Positions 21,447 through 32,665 are shown, numbered from the stretch's first letter. The stretch: 64,000 nucleotides of DNA from an uncultured Bordetella sp. (GCA_964385505.1 CAYLPI010000001.1:19902-83901), one strand, 5' to 3'. Program-made: numbers and translations. The notes: generated from the sequence alone by a model not told the origin.

Positions 21447-22787
21447 ATGGTCGCGGCTGACACCATTGCGGCGGTGGCGACGGCACCGGGGCGCGGGGGC
21501 ATTGGCGTGGTGCGGGTGTCCGGGGCGGAGCTTGGTAACTTCGCAATGGGGCTTTTGGGCTTGACGCTCGAGCCGCGCCGCGCGACTAGGGTGACCTTCC
21601 TGTTCGCTGACAAAAGTCAGATCGATGACGGGCTTGCGGTTTATTTCCCCGGGCCCGCCTCGTTTACAGGTGAAGATGTGCTTGAGTTGCATGGGCACGG
21701 TGGTCCGGTGGTGCTCAACATGCTGCTCAAGCGCTGCCTGCAGCTTGGAGCGCGACTGGCCGCACCGGGCGAGTTCACCCGGCGGGCCTTTCTTAACGAC
21801 AAGATCGATCTGGCCCAGGCCGAAGCGGTTGCGGATCTCATTGACGCCGCTTCCGAGCGCGCCGTCCGCAGTGCCCGGAGATCGCTGAGCGGTGAATTTT
21901 CGGCGCAGATCGGCCGGTTGGCGCGCCAACTCACTGATTTGCGCATGCTGGTTGAAGCGATGCTCGATTTTCCGGAAGAGGATGTTGAAAGCCTTGACCG
22001 GGAGAGTGTGTTGCGCCGGCTCGAGCCGCTGTCCGAGGGCGTCGCTACAATTCTGACAAAGGCGCAGCAGGGCAGTGTTTTGCGCCAAGGCCTCACGGTC
22101 GTCCTGGCCGGCCAGCCCAATGTCGGCAAATCCAGCCTGTTGAACAGTCTTGCCGGGCAGGATCTCGCAATTGTTACTCCGGTTCCGGGTACGACGCGCG
22201 ACAGCGTGCGCGAAACCATTACGCTCGATGGCGTGCCGCTTAACATTGTCGATACGGCTGGATTGCGGGACACCGATGACGAGGTCGAGAAGCTCGGTAT
22301 TGCGCGCAGCTGGCGTGAGATTGAAAACGCCGACGTCTTGTTGCTGGTATGTGATGCACGCGCGGGACTTTCAGAACAGGATATTGCCATTCTGGCGAAG
22401 GTGCCGCAGCGACTGGCGCGCGTGATCGTATTCAACAAGATCGATATCGCAGGCGTCGTCGCAAAGATCGAGTCCGCCGAGGGCTTTTCCCGTGTTTGGT
22501 TGTCAGCCAAAACAGCGGATGGATTACAGGAGTTGCGTGATGTTCTGCTGGCGGTCGCCGGATGGAGTGTGCCAGGCGAAGATGTGTTTCTCGCGCGGGA
22601 GCGGCACATCGAGGCATTGCAGGCGGCGCAATCGTTTCTCGTCGCGGCAAAGCTGGAGCTTTCCCGGCCGGAGTTGTTAGCCGAAGAACTGCGACTGGCA
22701 CACCAGCGCCTGAGTACGATTACCGGGGAGTTCACCGCAGATGATTTGCTGGGAGAAATTTTTTCCCGGTTTTGCATCGGCAAATAG
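21447..22787 (+). CDS. mnmE: tRNA modification GTPase MnmE
   Basis: 446 aa. G1 motif GQPNVGKSSLLN, DTAGLR, C-terminal CIGK. Confidence 0.95.
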   Translation: MVAADTIAAVATAPGRGGIGVVRVSGAELGNFAMGLLGLTLEPRRATRVTFLFADKSQIDDGLAVYFPGPASFTGEDVLELHGHGGPVVLNMLLKRCLQLGARLAAPGEFTRRAFLNDKIDLAQAEAVADLIDAASERAVRSARRSLSGEFSAQIGRLARQLTDLRMLVEAMLDFPEEDVESLDRESVLRRLEPLSEGVATILTKAQQGSVLRQGLTVVLAGQPNVGKSSLLNSLAGQDLAIVTPVPGTTRDSVRETITLDGVPLNIVDTAGLRDTDDEVEKLGIARSWREIENADVLLLVCDARAGLSEQDIAILAKVPQRLARVIVFNKIDIAGVVAKIESAEGFSRVWLSAKTADGLQELRDVLLAVAGWSVPGEDVFLARERHIEALQAAQSFLVAAKLELSRPELLAEELRLAHQRLSTITGEFTADDLLGEIFSRFCIGK

Positions 22788-22900
22788 GTAAAGGCGCGTC
22801 AATTGCGGTATTGCACACCCGGGACATGCGTGGATCGTTTACGGTCGCGGAACATCGGGACCGGGTGTCCCGCCTTTGACGCCGGATTCGGGCGGATGGC

Positions 22901-23950
22901 GTGACGCGCCGGTCATGGGTTCCGCTCAAGTCCCTGGCGGCATGCGCCGTCGGCGGCGCGTTTTGCCAGCTGCTTCATATTCCGCTGCCATGGATGATAG
23001 GTCCGCTGGTTGCGATGGCCATCCTCAAATTTCGCGGTATTGATTTGCCGTCGCCACGGGGTGGCCGTGAAACGGGGCAGATCATCATTGCCAGTGCGCT
23101 TGGCCTGTATTTCACGCCCATCGTCGCGCGGGAGGTGCTGGCCAGTTGGCATTTGCTTGTCGCTGCAGCGGTGTTTGCGACGGTGCTCGCCTACGGTGGT
23201 GCATTCTTCTTGTGGCGTTTTGCCGGTGTGGACCGGACAACGGCGTTTTTTGCCAGCGTGCCGGGCGGTGCGGCTGAAATGTCCAATCTTGGCGAGCGCT
23301 ACGGGGCGAAGACGGACCGGATCGCTGTTGCACAGTCGCTGCGCATCGTTTTTGTAGTCGTTCTGGTGCCGGTCGCAATGACGGTTCTGGGGACGCACGG
23401 CAGCGACGTGTTTCTGCCCACGATGCAGTCCGTTGATGCCGGGGGGCTGGCCTTGCTGCTTGGGCTTGGCACGGCGACCGGGTGGTTGCTGCGCTTGCTG
23501 CGCATTCCCAATCCCTGGTTTCTGGGTGCGCTGGCGTTGGCAATCACGCTGACGGTGCTGGAGGTGCACTTGTCGTCGATGCCGGCGTTGTTCAGCAATG
23601 TGGCGCAATTGTTGATCGGTTGCGCCTTGGGATCGCGGTTCGACCGGCAGTTCTTGCGCAGTTCGCCGCGGTTCGTAGTGGTCGTCAGCATCAGCATTCT
23701 GGGGGCGATTTGCATATCGGCATTGTTCGCGCTGATACTGGCCAAACTGGGCGGGCTATCCGTACCAACCATGGTGCTTGCGACCGCGCCTGGCGGCGTT
23801 GCGGAGATGTGCATTACCGCCAAAGTATTGCAACTCGGGGTACCGCTGGTGACGGCGGCACAGGTCACGCGCGTGATCATCCTCGTTACCACCACCGCCC
23901 CGCTGTTTCGGTTCGTCCGTCATGTGGCTGGCCGTATCGGACTGCGTTAG
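22901..23950 (+). CDS. AbrB-family (COG3180-type) duplicated membrane protein
   Basis: 349 aa, highly hydrophobic. Two similar halves, each ending in a PGG(A/V)AEM motif (VPGGAAEMSNL; APGGVAEMCIT). Confidence 0.7.
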   Translation: MTRRSWVPLKSLAACAVGGAFCQLLHIPLPWMIGPLVAMAILKFRGIDLPSPRGGRETGQIIIASALGLYFTPIVAREVLASWHLLVAAAVFATVLAYGGAFFLWRFAGVDRTTAFFASVPGGAAEMSNLGERYGAKTDRIAVAQSLRIVFVVVLVPVAMTVLGTHGSDVFLPTMQSVDAGGLALLLGLGTATGWLLRLLRIPNPWFLGALALAITLTVLEVHLSSMPALFSNVAQLLIGCALGSRFDRQFLRSSPRFVVVVSISILGAICISALFALILAKLGGLSVPTMVLATAPGGVAEMCITAKVLQLGVPLVTAAQVTRVIILVTTTAPLFRFVRHVAGRIGLR

Positions 23951-23992
23951 GCCAGAATACTCAGCCACTTAGATGCAGGTCAGACGTCGTAT

Positions 23993-24020
23993 TTGCGTGC
24001 CATCACCTTCGGCGTAAAAT
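23993..24020 (+). promoter_or_regulatory. candidate pckG promoter
   Basis: TTGCGT (23993-23998), 16 nt, TAAAAT (24015-24020), about 80 nt upstream of the ATG at 24102. Confidence 0.3.
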
Positions 24021-24101
24021 GTTTGCTGCTACGATATGGCCCTCGCGCTGCCAGCGCGGTTATCAGCCGGGCCGAACATATTCTTATCCAAGCGAGGACG
24101 T

Positions 24102-25937
24102 ATGAACCAGCCACGTATTCCCCGGGCCATTGAGACGGCAGCACCGTCGTACGTGCGTCACCAGCGCCTCAAGGAATGGGTCGCACAGATTGCGGCGCTG
24201 ACCAAGCCCGAGCGCGTGGTCTGGTGCGACGGTAGCGAAGAAGAATACGATCGTCTTTGCGCCGAGATGGTCGATAGCGGAATGATGAAGCGGCTCAATC
24301 CGAAGCTTCGTCCGAACAGCTATCTCGCCCTGTCGGATCCTGCGGATGTCGCCCGCGTTGAAGAGCGGACCTTCATCAGCTGTGAGCATCAGGATGACGC
24401 GGGTCCGACCAACAACTGGGTAGCGCCCTCTGAAATGCGCAAGACCATGGATCGCCTGTTCGACGGCTGCATGCGCGGCCGCACGCTGTATGTGATTCCG
24501 TTCTCGATGGGGCCGCTCGGCTCGCATATCGCGCATGTCGGCGTGGAACTGAGCGATTCGCCATATGTGGTGGTGAGCATGAAAATAATGACGCGCATGG
24601 GTAAGGCGGTCTTTGACGTGCTTGGCGACGATGGATATTTCGTTCCTTGCGTGCACTCGGTCGGCATGCCACTCCAGCCGGGCCAGCAGGACGTGCGCTG
24701 GCCCTCGAACAAGGAGGAGAAGTGGATTGTCCACTTCCCGGAAACGCGTGAGATCTGGTCATACGGATCAGGTTACGGCGGCAACGCGCTGCTCGGAAAA
24801 AAATGTCTCGCCTTGCGCATCGCGTCCATCATGGCGCGAGATGAGGGCTGGCTGGCGGAACACATGCTCATTCTGGGCATCACCAGCCCACAGGGGAAAA
24901 AGGCTTATGTCGCTGCGGCATTCCCCAGCGCATGCGGTAAAACCAATCTGGCCATGTTGGTGCCGCCCACGGGCTTTGAGGGCTGGAAAGTGGAAACCGT
25001 AGGCGAGGATATTGCCTGGATCAAACCCGGCAAGGACGGTCACTTTTACGCCATCAATCCGGAAGCCGGATATTTCGGTGTCGCTCCTGGAACCAGCGTT
25101 CAGTCCAATCCGAATTGCATGACGGCCGTCGAGCGCGATACGATTTTCACCAATGTCGCAGAGACACCCGATGGCGATGTCTGGTGGGAGGGGATGACGG
25201 ACATACCGCCGGCCAAGTTGACAGACTGGACAGGTCAGCAATGGACGCGAGGTTGCGGCAGGAATGCCGCCCACGCCAACGCGCGATTTACCGTGGCATC
25301 AACGCGTTGCCCGTCGCTTGATCCGCGGTGGAACGACCCGAACGGGGTACCGATAGCCGCGTTTCTTTTTGGCGGCAGGCGCACCAACACCGCGCCGCTT
25401 GTTGTCGAGGCGTTTAACTGGGAAGACGGTGTTTACAAGGCCGCGACAATGGGTTCGGAAACCACCGCGGCCATCGTCGGGCAGGTTGGCGTTGTACGAC
25501 GCGATCCGTTCGCCATGATTGCTTTTTGCGGCTACAACATCGGCGACTACTTCAAGCACTGGCTGGACATCGGTAAGACAGTCCGGCATCCGCCGCATAT
25601 TTTCCAGGTCAACTGGTTCCGCAAGGACCGCAACGGCAAGTTTGTCTGGCCGGGTTTTGGCCAGAATATGCGTGTATTGCGCTGGGTCGTTGAGCGCTGT
25701 CAGGGGCAGGCGCATGCGCGCGAAACAGCCATTGGCTGGGTCCCGGAGTTTGACGATTTGTCGTGGCAGGGACTGGATTTCGGCGCAGACAAATATGCTT
25801 CCGTAACGGATATTGATGCATCCGACTGGTTGAAGGAGCTTGCACTTCATGACGAGCTGTTTGCGAAGATCAAGGATCGCCTGCCAAAGCAACTGGCACT
25901 GAGCCGCGAGCTTCTCGGTATGCGTCTGGGCCGCTGA
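24102..25937 (+). CDS. pckG: phosphoenolpyruvate carboxykinase (GTP)
   Basis: ORF 24036..25937, trimmed to MNQPRIP preceded by GAGGA. Motifs [11 protein letters not shown] and kinase-1a FPSACGKTN. Confidence 0.92.
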   Translation: MNQPRIPRAIETAAPSYVRHQRLKEWVAQIAALTKPERVVWCDGSEEEYDRLCAEMVDSGMMKRLNPKLRPNSYLALSDPADVARVEERTFISCEHQDDAGPTNNWVAPSEMRKTMDRLFDGCMRGRTLYVIPFSMGPLGSHIAHVGVELSDSPYVVVSMKIMTRMGKAVFDVLGDDGYFVPCVHSVGMPLQPGQQDVRWPSNKEEKWIVHFPETREIWSYGSGYGGNALLGKKCLALRIASIMARDEGWLAEHMLILGITSPQGKKAYVAAAFPSACGKTNLAMLVPPTGFEGWKVETVGEDIAWIKPGKDGHFYAINPEAGYFGVAPGTSVQSNPNCMTAVERDTIFTNVAETPDGDVWWEGMTDIPPAKLTDWTGQQWTRGCGRNAAHANARFTVASTRCPSLDPRWNDPNGVPIAAFLFGGRRTNTAPLVVEAFNWEDGVYKAATMGSETTAAIVGQVGVVRRDPFAMIAFCGYNIGDYFKHWLDIGKTVRHPPHIFQVNWFRKDRNGKFVWPGFGQNMRVLRWVVERCQGQAHARETAIGWVPEFDDLSWQGLDFGADKYASVTDIDASDWLKELALHDELFAKIKDRLPKQLALSRELLGMRLGR

Positions 25938-26002
25938 CCGGCTTTTTTGTTTGTTGCGACCCTGGCTCAGGGCGGCGTGCGCGGCTTGGTTAGAATGCGA
26001 AG

Positions 26003-27325
26003 ATGAGCCACGTATTTCATCGCAATCCGAATCACGCCTATGCGTGGGCAGTCGCCGGTGACGGTGCCTACATCATCGACGCCAATGGCAAGCGTTACCT
26101 TGACGGGTGCGGCGGTGCGGCCGTGTCCTGCCTCGGGCACAGCGACCCCGAGCTTGCCGAAGCCATTCGCAGGCAACTCGACCGGGTGGCTTTTGCACAC
26201 ACCTCGTTTTTTACCAATGCGCCGATGGAGGAACTCGCATCCGAGCTGGTGACCGGGGCGCCGCAAGGACTCGGCCGCGCTTATTTTGTTTCGAGCGGAT
26301 CCGAGGCGGTGGAAGCGGCACTCAAGCTGGCACGCCAGTATTTTGTCGAGCGCGGTGAGCCCGACCGGAATCGCGTGATTTCACGCCGCCAGAGTTATCA
26401 CGGCAATACGCTCGGCGCGCTTGCCGTGGGCGGAAACCCGATTCGACAAAGTTACTATGCACCTTTGTTGTTCGAGGTCAGCCGTATTTCTCCTTGCTAT
26501 CCCTATCGCGAACAGCAGGCCGGTGAAACTCCCGAGGCGTACGGTGTGCGTCTCGCCCTGGAGCTTGAAAACGAGATTTTGCGGATCGGGCCCGGCCGTG
26601 TGATGGCGTTTATCGCTGAGACGGTATGTGGCGCGACCCTTGGTGCCGTGCCGCCGGCGCCAGGTTACTTTGCTCGTGTGCGCGAGGTTTGCGATCGCCA
26701 TGGCGTGCTGTTGGTGCTTGACGAAGTCATGTGCGGCATGGGCAGAGTGGGCACACGCTACGCCTGTGAGCAAGAAGGGATATCACCGGATATTCTCGTT
26801 GTTGGCAAGGGCCTGGCTGCGGGTTACCAGCCTGTCGCGGCCATGCTTTGCCATACTAGAATATATGACGAAGTCATAAACGGCTCTGGTGCATTTCAGC
26901 ATGGTCACACCTATAGCGGGCACGCATTGGGTTGTGCAGCAGCATTGGCGACACAAAGGCTTATTGCACAAAGGAAGCTGCTCGAGAACGTCCGGACGCT
27001 GGGTGTAAAAATGGGTGAGCAATTGCGGGAACGGTTTGGCAGGCATCCCCATGTCGGCGACATTCGCGGTCGCGGTTTCTTCTGGGCCGTTGAGCTGGTC
27101 GCCGATCGTGACCAAAAGACGCCTTTCGCGCCCGAGCGCAAAATCAATGTCGCACTCAAGCGCAAGGCGCTTGAAAATGGCCTGCTGTGTTATCCGATGG
27201 GCGGGACGATTGATGGGCATCGCGGTGATCACGTGTTGCTCGCACCACCGTATATCCTGACCCAGGCGCAACTGGATGAGATGCTGGATAAGCTTGCGCT
27301 GAGTCTCGAGCAGATTCTGACCTGA
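26003..27325 (+). CDS. class-III (omega) aminotransferase family protein
   Basis: 440 aa, SGSEAVEAALKLAR and LVLDEVMCGMGRVG (PLP-fold type I, class III pattern). Confidence 0.85.
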   Translation: MSHVFHRNPNHAYAWAVAGDGAYIIDANGKRYLDGCGGAAVSCLGHSDPELAEAIRRQLDRVAFAHTSFFTNAPMEELASELVTGAPQGLGRAYFVSSGSEAVEAALKLARQYFVERGEPDRNRVISRRQSYHGNTLGALAVGGNPIRQSYYAPLLFEVSRISPCYPYREQQAGETPEAYGVRLALELENEILRIGPGRVMAFIAETVCGATLGAVPPAPGYFARVREVCDRHGVLLVLDEVMCGMGRVGTRYACEQEGISPDILVVGKGLAAGYQPVAAMLCHTRIYDEVINGSGAFQHGHTYSGHALGCAAALATQRLIAQRKLLENVRTLGVKMGEQLRERFGRHPHVGDIRGRGFFWAVELVADRDQKTPFAPERKINVALKRKALENGLLCYPMGGTIDGHRGDHVLLAPPYILTQAQLDEMLDKLALSLEQILT

Positions 27326-27336
27326 CGTTCGTCAAA

Positions 27337-27352
27337 GGTTTCACGTGGAACA
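27337..27352. other. parS-like centromere site (1 mismatch)
   Basis: GGTTTCACGTGGAACA. Its reverse complement TGTTCCACGTGAAACC matches parS TGTTNCACGTGAAACA at 15/16 positions. Confidence 0.75.
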
Positions 27353-27374
27353 TATAGCGCGCGACTTAAGGGCT

Positions 27375-27390
27375 TGTTTCACGTGAAACA
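27375..27390. other. parS centromere site (perfect 16-bp palindrome)
   Basis: TGTTTCACGTGAAACA, exact match to the ParB-binding consensus, 66 nt upstream of mnmG. Confidence 0.85.
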
Positions 27391-27420
27391 TTGGTCTGCG
27401 TAGGCGAAACCGGCTAAAAT
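27391..27420 (+). promoter_or_regulatory. candidate mnmG promoter abutting parS
   Basis: TTGGTC (27391-27396), 18 nt, TAAAAT (27415-27420). Confidence 0.35.
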
Positions 27421-27455
27421 TCGCATCCCCCCAAGTTTGGGCTGTGCCAGGCAGA

Positions 27456-29354
27456 ATGCAGTTTCCTTCTGAGTTTGATGTCATTGTTATCGGTGGCGGC
27501 CATGCCGGCACGGAGGCTGCGCTTGCAGCTGCGCGCGCGGGCAGCAAAACCCTGCTGCTTACGCATAATCTCGAAACCTTAGGGCAAATGTCTTGTAACC
27601 CCTCGATCGGGGGGATCGGCAAAGGGCATCTGGTGCGTGAGCTTGACGCCTTGGGCGGCGCGATGGCCATCGCCACCGACGAAGCCGGCATTCAGTTCCG
27701 CACCCTCAACTCCAGCAAAGGTCCGGCAGTGCGGGCGACCCGGGCCCAGGCAGACCGCGTGCTGTATCGCAAGGCAATTCGTCGGCGCCTTGAAAACCAA
27801 CCGAACCTGAGTTTGTTTCAGCAAGCGGTTGATGACCTCACGCTTGAGGGAGATCGCGTTAGCGGCGTTGTCACGCAGCTTGGCATCCGTTTCAAAGCGC
27901 GCACCGTTATTCTCACCGCCGGAACCTTTCTGGCCGGTCTGGTGCATGTCGGTTTGTCCAATTACGAAGCAGGCAGAGCAGGTGATCCCCCGGCAACAAG
28001 TCTGGCAGCCCGCTTAAGGGAGCTGAAGCTTCCTGTAGGACGCCTGAAAACCGGCACACCGCCGCGAATTGACGGCCGAACCGTGGATTTTTCCGTCATG
28101 CAGCCGCAACCCGGAGATACGCCCGAGCCGGTATTTTCATTTATCGGTAGACGGGATATGCACCCGCGGCAATTGCCATGCTGGATTACGCATACCAACG
28201 AGCAGACCCACGACATTATCCGGGGAGGGCTGGACCGCTCACCGATGTATACGGGCGTAATTGAAGGTATCGGCCCGCGGTATTGCCCGTCCATCGAAGA
28301 CAAGATTCATCGCTTTGCGTCCAAGGCGAGTCACCAGATTTTCCTTGAGCCTGAAGGTTTGGACACGCACGAAATCTACCCCAACGGTATTTCCACCAGT
28401 CTGCCATTCGATGTTCAGCTCGCGCTGGTGCAAAGTATTCGCGGCATGGAGAACGCGCACATCCTGCGCCCGGGATATGCCATTGAATATGATTTTTTCG
28501 ACCCGCAGGAATTGCGTTCATCACTCGAAACCAAGGCGATAAGGGGCTTGTTTTTTGCCGGACAAATCAACGGCACCACCGGCTACGAGGAGGCGGCTGC
28601 ACAAGGGCTGCTTGCCGGTATAAACGCCTCGCTGCAGGTGCGCGGCAAGGATGCCTGGTGCCCGCGGCGTGACGAAGCCTATCTGGGGGTCCTTGTCGAT
28701 GACCTGGTCACGCGTGGCGTGACCGAACCCTATCGCATGTTCACCAGCCGCGCCGAATACCGCTTGATGCTGCGCGAAGATAACGCCGATCTCCGACTTA
28801 CTGAAATCGGCTACAAACTAGGCCTTGTTGATCAGCAGCGCTGGGAGGCCTTTGCGCGCAAGCGCGATACGGTGGCTCGCGAAATGGAGCGGCTGAACAG
28901 TACTTGGGTCAACCCCAAAACCTTGCTCGCGGAAGACGCTGAGCGGGTTCTCGGTAAAGGTATTGAACGCGAATACTCTCTTGCCGACTTGCTGCGGCGA
29001 CCGGCCGTGACCTATACCGGCTTAATGTCGATTCCCGGACTTGGATCGGATGGCATTGACGCCGAGTCTGCGGCGCAGGTGGAAATCCAGACCAAATATC
29101 AGGGCTATATTGACCGCCAGCACACCGAGGTTGCACGCCACGAACACAATGAATCGACGCGGTTACCACAAGAGCTCGATTATCGCGACGTTCATGGCTT
29201 GTCGAACGAAGTTCAGCAAAAGCTCAACCAGCACAAACCGGGCACCGTCGGTCAGGCCTCCCGCGTTCAGGGGGTTACGCCGGCAGCCATTTCCCTGCTG
29301 CTGGTTCATCTCAAACGTGGCACGGCAAAGCCACCACAGAAGTCCGCCGCATGA
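27456..29354 (+). CDS. mnmG: tRNA uridine 5-carboxymethylaminomethyl modification enzyme MnmG (GidA)
   Basis: Track ORF starts at GTG 27444. ATG 27456 gives [22 protein letters not shown] (FAD fold). Confidence 0.95.
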   Translation: MQFPSEFDVIVIGGGHAGTEAALAAARAGSKTLLLTHNLETLGQMSCNPSIGGIGKGHLVRELDALGGAMAIATDEAGIQFRTLNSSKGPAVRATRAQADRVLYRKAIRRRLENQPNLSLFQQAVDDLTLEGDRVSGVVTQLGIRFKARTVILTAGTFLAGLVHVGLSNYEAGRAGDPPATSLAARLRELKLPVGRLKTGTPPRIDGRTVDFSVMQPQPGDTPEPVFSFIGRRDMHPRQLPCWITHTNEQTHDIIRGGLDRSPMYTGVIEGIGPRYCPSIEDKIHRFASKASHQIFLEPEGLDTHEIYPNGISTSLPFDVQLALVQSIRGMENAHILRPGYAIEYDFFDPQELRSSLETKAIRGLFFAGQINGTTGYEEAAAQGLLAGINASLQVRGKDAWCPRRDEAYLGVLVDDLVTRGVTEPYRMFTSRAEYRLMLREDNADLRLTEIGYKLGLVDQQRWEAFARKRDTVAREMERLNSTWVNPKTLLAEDAERVLGKGIEREYSLADLLRRPAVTYTGLMSIPGLGSDGIDAESAAQVEIQTKYQGYIDRQHTEVARHEHNESTRLPQELDYRDVHGLSNEVQQKLNQHKPGTVGQASRVQGVTPAAISLLLVHLKRGTAKPPQKSAA

Positions 29355-30004
29355 TCCCTACCGCCAACGTTTCCCCAGCAGTGCTTGGATCCATACTATC
29401 CCGTGGACTTGACGAAATGCGGGTGCCGCTCGACGCGACCATTCAGTCGAAGCTACTGCAATACCTTGATTTAATGGCGAAATGGAATCGTGTCTATAAC
29501 CTGACGGCAATTCGGGACAAACAGCAGATGGTGAGCAATCACTTGCTCGATAGTCTCGTATTGACAGGGCACATGACGGGTCCGAGGATTCTTGACGTCG
29601 GTAGCGGCGCAGGTCTGCCAGGCATTCCCATAGCGTTGTCGCAACCCGATTGGGATGTCACGGTGCTTGACAGCAATCACAAGAAAGCAGCTTTTTTGCG
29701 TCAGGTCAGTGCAGAGTTAGTGCTTGCCAACGTGAACGTCGTGTCGGAGCGTGTCGAAGCGTGGCGGCCGGTACAAAAATTTGATTGCATCGTGTCGCGG
29801 GCCTTTGCTGACCTTGCCGAATTTGTAAATCAGGCAAAGCACCTGTTGCACCCTGGCGGTTATTTCGCTGCGATGAAGGGGCTTCACCCGTACGAGGAAA
29901 TTGAAAAACTCCCGTCTGGCTGGCGTGCGCGGGAAGTCGTCGAACTCAAGGTCCCGGGCTTGAACGCGGCGCGTCACCTCGTGCTGATCGACGCCACGAC
30001 ATGA
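29351..30004 (+). CDS. rsmG: 16S rRNA (guanine527-N7)-methyltransferase RsmG (GidB)
   Basis: 217 aa, [16 protein letters not shown]. 4-nt overlaps with mnmG and parA. Confidence 0.92.
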   Translation: MIPTANVSPAVLGSILSRGLDEMRVPLDATIQSKLLQYLDLMAKWNRVYNLTAIRDKQQMVSNHLLDSLVLTGHMTGPRILDVGSGAGLPGIPIALSQPDWDVTVLDSNHKKAAFLRQVSAELVLANVNVVSERVEAWRPVQKFDCIVSRAFADLAEFVNQAKHLLHPGGYFAAMKGLHPYEEIEKLPSGWRAREVVELKVPGLNAARHLVLIDATT

Positions 30005-30816
30005 CCACGATTATTGCGATTACCAACCAGAAGGGTGGCGTCGGTAAAACCACGACAACGGTCAATTTGGCTGCCGGACTGGCGGCGTCAGGCAAACGCG
30101 TGCTTTTGGTTGATCTCGACCCGCAAGCCAATGCGACAATGGGTAGTGGCATAGATAAGCGTGCGCTCACATCGACTATATACGAAGTTTTGCTTGGGCT
30201 ATCAGTTACGGAGTCTGTCCGAACACACTCAGCGCCCGGCGGCTATGACGTGCTGCCGGCGAATCGCGAGTTAGCCGGTGCAGAGGTCGAAATGGTAGAA
30301 CTCGAGCATCGCGAAACGCGGCTCAAATCGGCTTTGGCTACAGTTGCCGATCAATATGACTTTATTCTCATTGATTGTCCTCCCGCACTAAGTCTGCTGA
30401 CGCTAAACGGGCTTGTGGCCGCGCACGCCGTCATGATCCCGATGCAATGCGAGTACTACGCACTTGAAGGCCTTTCCGATCTGGTCAGCACCATAAAAAA
30501 AGTGCGTGCCCATCTCAACCCGACACTGGAGATTGAAGGCTTGCTGCGCACCATGTTCGATCCACGCAATACCCTGGCGGTCCAGGTTTCAGACCAGTTG
30601 CAGGAGCACTTCGGCGACAAGGTATACGCCACCATAATCCCGCGTAATGTCCGCCTTGCTGAAGCCCCGAGTTATGGCGCGCCGGCGATAAATTTCGATC
30701 GCGGCTGCAAGGGCTCGCAGGCCTATCTCGCCCTCGTCGAAGAAATCCTCAAAAGACAGGTTCGAAGTCCGGCCGTGGCAAAGGCGGAAACCGAAAAAAA
30801 TGGGGGTATCACATGA
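30001..30816 (+). CDS. parA: chromosome partitioning ATPase ParA (Soj)
   Basis: 271 aa, deviant Walker A IAITNQKGGVGKTTT. Confidence 0.92.
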   Translation: MTTIIAITNQKGGVGKTTTTVNLAAGLAASGKRVLLVDLDPQANATMGSGIDKRALTSTIYEVLLGLSVTESVRTHSAPGGYDVLPANRELAGAEVEMVELEHRETRLKSALATVADQYDFILIDCPPALSLLTLNGLVAAHAVMIPMQCEYYALEGLSDLVSTIKKVRAHLNPTLEIEGLLRTMFDPRNTLAVQVSDQLQEHFGDKVYATIIPRNVRLAEAPSYGAPAINFDRGCKGSQAYLALVEEILKRQVRSPAVAKAETEKNGGIT

Positions 30817-31679
30817 AATCCAAGGGGCTTGGCCGCGGACTGAGCGCACTACTCGAAAAAGACGGTGCGGAAGAAAGTGCCGCCGAATCGCAATCCCTGG
30901 TCAAGCTCGACCATCTGCGACCGGGGAAGTACCAGCCGCGAACCCGCATGGACGACGCATCACTCGCCGAGCTCGCGGCGTCAATCAAAGAACAAGGCTT
31001 GATGCAGCCGATTCTCGTCCGTCCCGTTGCCACAGACGGAAACAAAAGCCGCTACGAAATCATCGCCGGAGAGCGGCGTTGGCGTGCCGCCAGAATCGCC
31101 GGGCTTGCCGAGGTTCCGGTCCTGGTGCGCGAGGTCCCGGACAAGGCGGCATTGGCGATGGCGTTGATCGAGAACATCCAGCGTGAGGACCTCAATCCGC
31201 TGGAGGAAGCGGCCGGCATCCAGCGGCTGGTGACGGAGTTCAAGCTCACGCACCAGGAGGCCGCGGACGCACTGGGTCGTTCGCGCACCGCTACGACCAA
31301 TTTGCTGCGCTTGTTGCAATTGACCGAGCCGGTGCAAAGGCTCATCTTTGAAGGCAAGCTTGATATGGGGCACGGCAGGGCTTTGCTGTCTCTGGATGTG
31401 CCGCGGCAGGAGACCGTTGCGCGCAAAGTTGCCGATGAAGGGCTTTCGGTGCGCGAAACCGAGCAGCTTGTGTACAGCCTGCTGCACCCCAAAACGCCCC
31501 AGGCGCCGCCACCCGCGACCCGTGCAAATCGCGATGTGCAACGGCTTGAAGAAGAACTCTCCGAAGCGCTTGGCACGACAGTGAATATCAAGGCCGGGAA
31601 AAAGGGCGCCGGCACGCTGGTAATTCATTTCGCCGATGCCGAGCACCTTGAAACCGTGCTTTCGCGCGTACGCCGCTAG
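30813..31679 (+). CDS. parB: chromosome partitioning protein ParB (Spo0J)
   Basis: 288 aa, ParB box IIAGERRWRAA, HTH region LTHQEAADALGRSRTATTNLLRLL. Confidence 0.92.
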   Translation: MKSKGLGRGLSALLEKDGAEESAAESQSLVKLDHLRPGKYQPRTRMDDASLAELAASIKEQGLMQPILVRPVATDGNKSRYEIIAGERRWRAARIAGLAEVPVLVREVPDKAALAMALIENIQREDLNPLEEAAGIQRLVTEFKLTHQEAADALGRSRTATTNLLRLLQLTEPVQRLIFEGKLDMGHGRALLSLDVPRQETVARKVADEGLSVRETEQLVYSLLHPKTPQAPPPATRANRDVQRLEEELSEALGTTVNIKAGKKGAGTLVIHFADAEHLETVLSRVRR

Positions 31680-31724
31680 CCCGGGACTTGCCCCGTCCGC
31701 GGGGCGCGACAATCTGCGGTGCAG

Positions 31725-31753
31725 ACATGGTGTGCAACAAAACATGGTGTGCA
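31725..31753. repeat. 12-bp direct repeat, two copies, 17-bp period
   Basis: ACATGGTGTGCA at 31725-31736 and 31742-31753. Lies immediately upstream of TTGACA (31761-31766) and an AT-rich stretch before nadC. Confidence 0.6.
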
Positions 31754-31822
31754 CCCACCCTTGACACACCTTTTTATTAAGTATTTACTAACAAAAATTC
31801 TTGAGCCGGAGCGCAAAAAAAA

Positions 31823-32665
31823 ATGATCGATCCCCTTATCGTGGAGCGCCTTATCGACCAGGCTTTGGTCGAGGACATTGGTTTTGTCGACCTGACCAGT
31901 GAACTGGTTATCCCCGCCGGCGCCACGGCAAAACTCGCCATCAACGCACGACAGGAAATGGTGATCGCCGGCATCGACATCGCCGGACAGGTATTTCGTC
32001 GGCGGGTGCCCGACTGTCATTACGAGCGCAAGGTTGAAGACGGCGCGAAAGTCGCCCCCGGTGCGGTGCTGGCGCTGGTGTCCGGCCCGGCCCGCGGGCT
32101 GCTGACGGCGGAGCGCACCGCGCTCAATATGCTGCAGCACCTTTCCGGTATCGCGACCCTCACCGCGCAATACGCCGATAAAATCAAGGGCACAAAAGCG
32201 GTGCTCATCGATACCCGAAAAACCATTCCCGGCCTGCGCGCGCTGGCCAAGCACGCGGCGCAAGTCGGCGGTGCGCGCAACCATCGCCTGCGCCTCGACG
32301 ACGGGGTACTGATCAAGGACAACCATATCGCAGTGTGCGGCGGCATCAAAGCCGCAGTGGCCCGCGCCCGCGCCGGTACGCCCACGCTGACCAAGATCGA
32401 AGTGGAGTGCGATACGCTGGAACAGGTTCGCGAGGCCCTCGCTGCCGGCGCCGATTGCCTGCTGCTCGACAACATGACCCTTGACCAGTTGCGCGAGGCG
32501 GTGGCCATCACCGCCGGTCGCATTCCGCTCGAGGCCTCCGGTGGCGTTCGTCTTGACACGATTCGCGGCATCGCTGAAACCGGTGTTGATTTTGTGTCGG
32601 TGGGGCGCATTACCCAATCGGCGCCGGCGGTGGATATCGGATTGGACGTTGCCATCGGCGTATGA
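31823..32665 (+). CDS. nadC: nicotinate-nucleotide diphosphorylase (carboxylating), quinolinate phosphoribosyltransferase
   Basis: 280 aa. Overall QPRTase pattern (TAERTALNMLQHLSGIAT...DTRKTIPGLR...IKDNHI...IEVECDTLEQ...LLDNM). Confidence 0.9.
   Translation: MIDPLIVERLIDQALVEDIGFVDLTSELVIPAGATAKLAINARQEMVIAGIDIAGQVFRRRVPDCHYERKVEDGAKVAPGAVLALVSGPARGLLTAERTALNMLQHLSGIATLTAQYADKIKGTKAVLIDTRKTIPGLRALAKHAAQVGGARNHRLRLDDGVLIKDNHIAVCGGIKAAVARARAGTPTLTKIEVECDTLEQVREALAAGADCLLLDNMTLDQLREAVAITAGRIPLEASGGVRLDTIRGIAETGVDFVSVGRITQSAPAVDIGLDVAIGV

Noticed and set aside
22901-23950. Calling the AbrB-like membrane protein a 'putative ammonia monooxygenase'
   Set aside because: That label is a known legacy annotation of the COG3180 family, with no supporting sequence evidence here.
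25930-25949. An intrinsic terminator after pckG (GCCG ctgac CGGC followed by TTTTTTGTTTGTT)
   Set aside because: The T-tract is good but the stem is only 4 bp. This is too weak to list as a feature.
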